Shown piece after piece: positions 57,901 to 64,000 of a stretch of DNA of 64,000 nt. Below the pieces are notes generated by a model, which worked only from the letters and a program-made list of their open reading frames with translations, made no database searches and was not told the DNA's origin. Source of the stretch: an uncultured bacterium (lineage in GTDB: Bacteria > Krumholzibacteriota > Krumholzibacteriia > JACNKJ01). A program made the translations under genes and the position numbers. The stretch covers positions 2,336,001 to 2,400,000 of the forward strand of contig CAVOFT010000001.1 in NCBI GenBank assembly GCA_963695095.1. The letters run 5' to 3'. Numbering within the stretch: the stretch's first letter is position 1; the number at the start of each line of letters is the position of its first letter.

Positions 57901-59415
57901 TTAGAAATCAAAGTCCTCCGAGCGGTAACCGAGCGTGTAGTCGCCCGTGCCGCTGCGGTCCACAAAGATCAATTGCAGGCTCGGCCGGCGCAGATGCAGC
58001 CGCTGCTCAGGCAGCAGTGGACTGCCGCCGAACTCGTAGGTCCACACCTCGTAGGGCTCGCTGTCGTCGCCGAAGTTGATGGCGCTGCCCGTACCGATGG
58101 TGCCCAGGTCCCTGCCCAGCTCACTGCTGCGCTCGACGCCGGCATCCTGGGTGAAGTCCACGCCATAGGGTGAGATGCCCGGCTCGATCGCCGCTTCCCC
58201 GTGCAGGCCGCGCACGGCGTCGCTCAAGCCCGTGCGATTGAGCGGCATCGCCTCGCCCTCGATGCTGACCGGTTCCCCCAGCCGGATCAAGATGCGGCCG
58301 CGATCGCTGAGCGCTCCCGGGCGAAAGCCCGCGTAGCGCACCTGGGCCGCCACGAAGCGCTTCAGGAATTCGTCGTACACGGCGTTCTCCTCGGTGGCGG
58401 GATCCGGATCATGGCGCTTCCAGAAGGCCGCCATGACGGCCTCGCGCTCGGGCGCCGGCAGCCCCTGCCAGCGCTGGAACTCGTCACCCTTGAGGAAAAG
58501 CTGTGCTGCAATCGCCTGCTGCGCAAGCGCGGAAGGCGCTTCGGTCGACTCGCCAAGGATGCGCAGGCTGCAGTCGACACCGGTGCTGTCGATCTCGGGA
58601 CCGCGGGCCTCCAAATGCAGACGGTAGCCGCCGGGCGGCAGCTCGGTCAGCGGTAGGCGATAGCGCAGCGGCAAGGGCGCGCCGGCCTCGTACTTCCAGC
58701 CGCCCTGCTTCTCGAGGCGCAGAACGCCGCCGGCGTCGTGCAGGGTCAGCCGCAGGCCGATGTAAGCGCCTTGGGCCGAGTCCGGCGGCAGGAAGGCCGT
58801 CTCCAGCTCCATCGCCGGGGTGCCGCCGGCGAAGACGCCGCTGGGACTCAGGGCGCCGCGCTCGCCGGCGATCGGAGCCCAATAGAGGAGTGGGTCGCCC
58901 AGGCCGCCCGCGCTGAAGTCCCGAGCGGTGAGGGTCGTGCTGAGAGCGGCCTCCGGCTGGCGTCCGAAGAGACCGGCGACGCCGCCGATCCGGCGCCCCG
59001 CGTCGCGGCACTCCAGCTCGAGCCGGTACTCGCCGGGCGGCACCGCCACCGATCGCAGGTAGAGCATGGTGGTCAGGGGAGTCCGCACGTCGCGCGAGAA
59101 GTCCAGACGCTCCTCCACGGCCGCCGCTTGGTGGCCCAGCGCATGCAGCGACCAGCGGCAGGCCAGGTGGGCCACGAGGCTATCGCCCTGCTGGCTCCAG
59201 GCCAGCTCCGCGGCGGGGAATTCCACGACGAGCAGGAGCCGGGTCAGGCCGGCCGGTGCAGGCTCGCTGTAGCTCTGGGCGGAGAACTCGAAATCCCCGC
59301 GCCCCGGGGGCAGCGGCCGCCCCAGCGCCGGCATCACCGATGCAAGCAGCAGGGCCGCCAGCAAAGCCGACCGCCGGCTCTCCCTTCCTCTCGCTGCCCT
59401 GGGCGCTCCGCTCAC
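57901..59415 (-). CDS. GWxTD-domain protein (copy 2)
   Basis: FWKRHDPDPATEEN...EFLKRF...GALSDRGRILIRLGEP...YEVWTY...FVDRSGTGDY. Confidence 0.82.
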   Translation of the reverse strand: MSGAPRAARGRESRRSALLAALLLASVMPALGRPLPPGRGDFEFSAQSYSEPAPAGLTRLLLVVEFPAAELAWSQQGDSLVAHLACRWSLHALGHQAAAVEERLDFSRDVRTPLTTMLYLRSVAVPPGEYRLELECRDAGRRIGGVAGLFGRQPEAALSTTLTARDFSAGGLGDPLLYWAPIAGERGALSPSGVFAGGTPAMELETAFLPPDSAQGAYIGLRLTLHDAGGVLRLEKQGGWKYEAGAPLPLRYRLPLTELPPGGYRLHLEARGPEIDSTGVDCSLRILGESTEAPSALAQQAIAAQLFLKGDEFQRWQGLPAPEREAVMAAFWKRHDPDPATEENAVYDEFLKRFVAAQVRYAGFRPGALSDRGRILIRLGEPVSIEGEAMPLNRTGLSDAVRGLHGEAAIEPGISPYGVDFTQDAGVERSSELGRDLGTIGTGSAINFGDDSEPYEVWTYEFGGSPLLPEQRLHLRRPSLQLIFVDRSGTGDYTLGYRSEDFDF

Positions 59416-59473
59416 CGGTCACTCCCTCGCGGGTCCGCCGCGCCTGCACAGCGGCTGCTCAGGACCGCCCCGC

Positions 59474-60406
59474 CTAGTAGGCGAAGCTCACGCTGAAACG
59501 GTGCGCCCCGCCAAGGTAGGACAGGTCCTCGAAGGCATAATCGACGAAGAGCCGCGAGCGCTCGCTCGTGCTCACCGCGACGCCGAAGCCGGCGGCGACG
59601 CCGCTGGCGTCATAGCCGGCGTTGTAGCCGCCACGCAGGAAGAGGAAGCGGTTGAAGCTGTACTCGGCACCGAGATTCGCCCGCTCCTTGTTGTCCGGCG
59701 GATGGCTGAACTCCACGCTGCTGATCATGTGATGCGGCCCGCTGTCGAAGGCATCCGCAGACAGCCCCACCTTGAACATGATCGGCATCTTGGCGCCCTG
59801 CGAGTCGAAGTCCACCTCGCCACCGGCATTCTGCACCACCATGCCCAGACGCATCCCCTGGATGCCGATCCGGTAGACGAGACCGAAATCGAAGGCCGAT
59901 GTGTTGACGGCCTTGTCGGCCAGCCCCATGTGGATGAAGTGCACGGTCACGCCGGTGGAGAAGCGCTCGGTGAAGTACTGCGCATAGGTCAGGCCGAAGC
60001 TCATGTCCCCCGCGTCGAACTCGCGGCCCGTGCCGTCGGGCAGGTAGATCGTGCGCTCGACCTGGGGGTCCATCGTCAGCGCGCGGGCGGTGATGCCGAG
60101 CACGCCGGGCAGATAGGGCGTCCGGAAGGCATAGGAGACGAAGTCGAGCTTGATGTCCGCCGGCCATTCGACGTGGTTCAGGTGCAAGGCCGTGCGCGGC
60201 ACATCGACCAGCCCTCCCGGATTCCAGTAGGTGGCGCTGGCGTCATCGGCGACGGCGACGAAACCGTTGCCCATGCCCGCCGCGCGAGCGGTGGGCCCGA
60301 TCTTGAGGAACTGAGCGCTGAAGGTGCCGACCTTTTCGAAGATCTGCGCCTGCGCGACCCCAGCGATCAGGATGAGGGCCATGGTCAGCAGCGCTGTGCG
60401 TTTCAC
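59474..60406 (-). CDS. PorV/PorQ-family outer-membrane beta-barrel
   Basis: AQFLKIGPTARAAGMG...DDASATYWNPGGL N-terminal signature; ends HRFSVSFAY. Confidence 0.88.
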   Translation of the reverse strand: MKRTALLTMALILIAGVAQAQIFEKVGTFSAQFLKIGPTARAAGMGNGFVAVADDASATYWNPGGLVDVPRTALHLNHVEWPADIKLDFVSYAFRTPYLPGVLGITARALTMDPQVERTIYLPDGTGREFDAGDMSFGLTYAQYFTERFSTGVTVHFIHMGLADKAVNTSAFDFGLVYRIGIQGMRLGMVVQNAGGEVDFDSQGAKMPIMFKVGLSADAFDSGPHHMISSVEFSHPPDNKERANLGAEYSFNRFLFLRGGYNAGYDASGVAAGFGVAVSTSERSRLFVDYAFEDLSYLGGAHRFSVSFAY

Positions 60407-60457
60407 GTTCTACCTCCCGCAAGATCCCTTGCTCGAGTCCGGCTCCGTCGGGGCCGA

Positions 60458-62983
60458 CTAGCGAATGACGATGAACTTGCCGACCTTCCGGTCGAAACCG
60501 TCGGCCTCCACGGAGAAGATGTACACGCCGCTGGCCACGTCCTGGCCGTTGCGGCTCACCAGATCCCAGGCGGCGGTGCCCGTCGATGCGTAGTTGCCCG
60601 TGGCGATGGCCGCCACATTGTCGTGGACGATCTCCTTCACCAGATCGCCCGCCAGCGTGTAGATGCGGATCTTGCAGCGGGCCGCCGGCAAATGGCGGAA
60701 TTCGACCTTGAGCCCCGTCGGATCGTCGTTGTTCGGATTCAGCGCCCAGGGCGCCATCGAGGTCGGCGTCGCCGGATTCGGCACCACGTAGACCTCGTCC
60801 GCATTGTAGGACCAGACCGGCTGGCTCTCGCTCTGCGGCACCGTGTAGACGAAGCCGCTGGATGGGTCCCCCGACAAGCCCGTCGCGTAGCCGATGAGGA
60901 CGCCGTTCTGGAAGACCCGGATGTGGTCCATCGCCGTGACCGAATAGAAGTAGTGCATGCCCGTGTGGACGCGATCGTCCTCGTAGCGATAGTAGACCTT
61001 GCCGCCAGGCAGGCCGAGCTGGGTCTTGGCCAAGGCGATCGCCGTATCGCCTGCGGCCAGCGTGTAACCCGTGGGCGGCAGCAGCTCCCGCGCCGACTGG
61101 ATGCTCGGGTTCTCCATCAGCGCATCGGCATAGAAGGCGAGCAGCGAAGCGTCGACGTTGGGCTGGTAGCGCAGGCTCTCGAGGCCGGTGTCGGCGCCCA
61201 GCTCATTCTGGAGATCGAACTCGGCCAGCAGCATCCACAGGTCGGTGCTGGGCCCGTTGGCGATCGAGGAACCGAAGGGGCGGTCCCAGTTGTCGGCGCG
61301 CCAGACGCGATAGCCCTCGAAGTCGTAGATGAGCTCGCTGACATCGGGGATCGTCTCGCTGAAGTTGTCCCAGAAGAGCACGTTCTTGCCCTCGGTGGGC
61401 CAGATGCGCAGGTTGGGCGGTGGCGGCGGCGAGCCGTAAAGCCAGTTGATCTGCCGCTCCAGGCCGTCATTGCCCGTGCACCACCAGGCGTCGGTGCCGG
61501 GTACGGCGCCGGGCTGGCAGAGGGCATTGGCCTCGTTCTCGAAGATGCAGTCGTCGTTGACCCAGACGCGCGTGCCCTTGGTGACGAGGATGGGCGGCGA
61601 CAGCGTATCGCAGGGGCTCGCCCACTCGATGTCGTTGAAGGGATCGTAGAGCAGGGTCTCGGCGCAGTAGGCGGTGGGATCCGGCGTATTGATGTCCCCG
61701 TCGAGGTTGAACCAGTTGCCGTCGTAGGTGAGCTTGGCCTGGGCGGCGTTGTCGAGCAGTCCCTCCCGGCCGAGGCCGACGACAAAGGCCACCTGGAATT
61801 TCAGGCTGTCACCCGACTCGACGAGGAAGGGTCCCGCCGACAGCAGCATGCGGAAGTCGCGCGGCACGTTGGGCTTCTTGTCGCTGGTCTCGGCGCTCAT
61901 CAGGGCGTAGCGCTGCTCGTCATTGGTGGGATCGCCGCCGTCCTCGAAGGAGGCGCTGCCGCTGAAGGCCTGCCAGGAGCGCAGGGTGACGCGGGGCGGC
62001 GCCTTGACCCCGGCCGGGTCGATCGTGTGGCCCATGAACATGATGCCGATCTGGCCCAGGGCCGGCGAATCGCCGTCGAGATCGCCGTCCTGGTCGAAGG
62101 CGACGCCCATCGCGTACTTGACCGGGATCTCGAAGGCGCCCTTGGTGACGCAGGCCGTGGCGTCGACGACGTCGACCAGGTCGTCATCGAAGTTGTTGGG
62201 CCGGCTGCGCGCGCCGACGTCGGGATCGGCGAAGAAGCCCAGGTAGAAGTCCTCCAAGGTCGCCTCGCCGATGTTGTAGATGGTGAATTCGACACCGACG
62301 AAGTCGTCCACGCGGTCGTTCTCCCACTGGTAGCTCTCCTGGACGACGAAGAGGTTCAGGGGCTGGTGGTCCGCGGACTGGGCGTAGCTCTCGGGCAGGT
62401 CGTCCCGGTAGGTGCAGTGGAACATCTGGTTGGAGATGGCCGCGTAGTCCTCGTCGATCGCGCCATCGCCGTCGTCGTCGAAGCCGTTGAGGGGATCCTC
62501 GTCGATCTTGCCGTCGTTGTCGTCGTCAGCGGCCGGCGAGGGCAGCCGGTTGCCGTTGCGTGTCCCCTCGAAGCTGCGGTAGAGCGTGTAGATGGGCTCG
62601 ATGCCGGGACGGAACTCCCAGAGGCCCCAGTCGCTGGTGGAGACGCGCGGGATGCCCGAGACCCGAGCGCCGCACCACAGGCCCGCGCCCCAGAGGTACT
62701 CGACGCCGCTGCCGGCCGGCCACTGGGCAGAAGGCGACTCGGCCATCGCGAAGCCGGAGTTCGGATAGGAGCCGAAGACACCGAAGTTGGTGATGTTCAT
62801 CTGCAGCTCGCCCACGTTGTGGACGAAGGTGCCGTCGATCATGAGGGTACCGTTTCCATTCAGCGGGGCCTGCGCGGCTCCGGCTGGCAGCGCCTGGCGG
62901 GCGGCCGCAGGCAGCGCGAAGACGAGCAGGCAAAGGCCGGCCCCGAGCAAGCGCGCTGAGGTCCCCTTGATCAGTGCGGACAT
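60458..62983 (-). CDS. Large secreted hypothetical protein with a T9SS-like CTD variant
   Basis: Signal peptide; DxDxDG repeats; PPPPPNL and FEGYRVWR fibronectin-like segment; VYVVPNP...IRIYTLAGDLVK...WDLVSRNGQDVASGVY...GKFIVIR. Confidence 0.8.
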   Translation of the reverse strand: MSALIKGTSARLLGAGLCLLVFALPAAARQALPAGAAQAPLNGNGTLMIDGTFVHNVGELQMNITNFGVFGSYPNSGFAMAESPSAQWPAGSGVEYLWGAGLWCGARVSGIPRVSTSDWGLWEFRPGIEPIYTLYRSFEGTRNGNRLPSPAADDDNDGKIDEDPLNGFDDDGDGAIDEDYAAISNQMFHCTYRDDLPESYAQSADHQPLNLFVVQESYQWENDRVDDFVGVEFTIYNIGEATLEDFYLGFFADPDVGARSRPNNFDDDLVDVVDATACVTKGAFEIPVKYAMGVAFDQDGDLDGDSPALGQIGIMFMGHTIDPAGVKAPPRVTLRSWQAFSGSASFEDGGDPTNDEQRYALMSAETSDKKPNVPRDFRMLLSAGPFLVESGDSLKFQVAFVVGLGREGLLDNAAQAKLTYDGNWFNLDGDINTPDPTAYCAETLLYDPFNDIEWASPCDTLSPPILVTKGTRVWVNDDCIFENEANALCQPGAVPGTDAWWCTGNDGLERQINWLYGSPPPPPNLRIWPTEGKNVLFWDNFSETIPDVSELIYDFEGYRVWRADNWDRPFGSSIANGPSTDLWMLLAEFDLQNELGADTGLESLRYQPNVDASLLAFYADALMENPSIQSARELLPPTGYTLAAGDTAIALAKTQLGLPGGKVYYRYEDDRVHTGMHYFYSVTAMDHIRVFQNGVLIGYATGLSGDPSSGFVYTVPQSESQPVWSYNADEVYVVPNPATPTSMAPWALNPNNDDPTGLKVEFRHLPAARCKIRIYTLAGDLVKEIVHDNVAAIATGNYASTGTAAWDLVSRNGQDVASGVYIFSVEADGFDRKVGKFIVIR

Positions 62984-63016
62984 GATGCGTCCTTTCTCGC
63001 AGCCTGGCGCCGGGCG

Positions 63017-64000
63017 CTAGAACTCGAAGCCAAAGCCGATGCGGAAGATCCGCCGCGGTTCGAAGACCCGCGGGTCGTCCACCGGGTGGAATTCGTCCTC
63101 GCCGTCGCCATCGAGGTCGGTCAGATAGGCGCCGCCGTACTGGCCGGTCTCCGTCAGATAGTAGGTGTAGGCGTTCTGCGCGTAGCGGAGGCCGGGGAAG
63201 ATGCCTGGGTCGTGGGCGTTGATCTGATCCTGGTCCAGCAGGTTGCGGCCGTCGAAGAACAGCGTCAGATCCTGGCCCCAGACGTTGAAGTACTTCTCCG
63301 CCTGCAGCGAAAGGCTGTGCGTGGCCGGGTAGCGGCGGCTGTTCTCGAGCTCGGGATCCTGGCGCCGGATGTAGCGGAAGGCCGGCGTGTAGGGGAAGCC
63401 CGAGCCGAAGCTATAGATCACCGAGCCGCCCCAGCTGCCCGGATCGGCCAGCCGCAGCGTCGCCGAGAGCGAGTGGCGCTCGTCCCAGCCCAGGGGCAGT
63501 TCCTTGGTGGGCAGGTGGGTCAGGCCCGCGGCGCTCGTGGCGCCGAAGGTCGCATCGGAGGCGACGCCGTCGGCATAGCTCAGCGTGTAGGCGACCTGGC
63601 CGCCGTAGTTGTCGGCGAACTGCCGGCTCAGCGTGATCTCCACGCCGCGCGCCGAGGCGTAGGCCTTGTTGATGTAGCGGCCGAACTGGTTGCCGCTGAT
63701 GGTGTCGATGGCGGTCGCCGAGGAGATGAGGTCGAAGATGTCCTTGTAGAAGATGGCGAAGTCGCCCACCACGTGCTCCGTGAACTGGTGCTTGACGCCG
63801 GCCTGGTAGGAGATCGTGATCTCGGGATCGAGATCCGGGTTGCCGAGCAGGCCCACGCCCGCATTCGGGTCCTGGGTCTGGAAGAGGTAGTTGTTGGCCG
63901 GAGCCTGGATGAAGCGTCCGTAGTGGAAGTGGAACACGTCCCGGTCGGTGATCGGGAAGGCCAGGCCCAGGCGCGGGCTCAGCGACTGCTTGAAGCGCCG
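63017..64000 (-). CDS. TonB-dependent receptor, C-terminal part (5' end outside window)
   Basis: SPRLGLAFPIT, GNPDLDPEITISYQ, FYKDI, NLLD, ends PRRIFRIGFGFEF. Confidence 0.9.
   Translation of the reverse strand, partial: RRFKQSLSPRLGLAFPITDRDVFHFHYGRFIQAPANNYLFQTQDPNAGVGLLGNPDLDPEITISYQAGVKHQFTEHVVGDFAIFYKDIFDLISSATAIDTISGNQFGRYINKAYASARGVEITLSRQFADNYGGQVAYTLSYADGVASDATFGATSAAGLTHLPTKELPLGWDERHSLSATLRLADPGSWGGSVIYSFGSGFPYTPAFRYIRRQDPELENSRRYPATHSLSLQAEKYFNVWGQDLTLFFDGRNLLDQDQINAHDPGIFPGLRYAQNAYTYYLTETGQYGGAYLTDLDGDGEDEFHPVDDPRVFEPRRIFRIGFGFEF

Noticed and set aside
59501..62959. 1152-aa plus-strand ORF and similar long antisense ORFs (e.g. 8435-11122, 12116-13723, 16065-17984)
   Set aside because: Shadow ORFs opposite well-supported genes in high-GC DNA; no recognisable motifs.

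Overview
High-GC bacterial chromosome segment, most consistent with an FCB-group candidate phylum (Krumholzibacteriota/Latescibacterota/Eisenbacteria-like). This is inferred from the many secreted proteins ending in a FlgD_ig/T9SS-like C-terminal domain (CTD) and from PorV and GWxTD genes. Left part (1-25 kb), accessory and ecological genes: HAD 5'-nucleotidase; an RRM-desaturase-RRM putative cold-shock module; nrfHA with an FNR-like box and an atypical NrfA (CxxCH first heme, EYYC active-site motif); a DEAD-box helicase with a structured leader; five CTD-bearing secreted proteins, one in a small relic island at tRNA-Arg. Middle (25-48 kb), housekeeping: mnmA, mutT, pgk-tpiA-secG-tRNA-Leu, radC-mreBCD-mrdA-rodA-lgt-aroE-comF, rhomboid, a porin-like protein. 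Right part (48-64 kb), envelope locus: TonB-dependent receptor, CTD protein, PorV, GWxTD, ExbB-ExbD-ExbD-TonB, TolC, ABC ATPase, second GWxTD, peptide ABC transporter and NlpC/P60. Many genes, including mrdA, carry indels that look like long-read consensus errors. No CRISPR array, rRNA, transposase or integrase was seen. All calls come from reading motifs by eye; no database searches were run.
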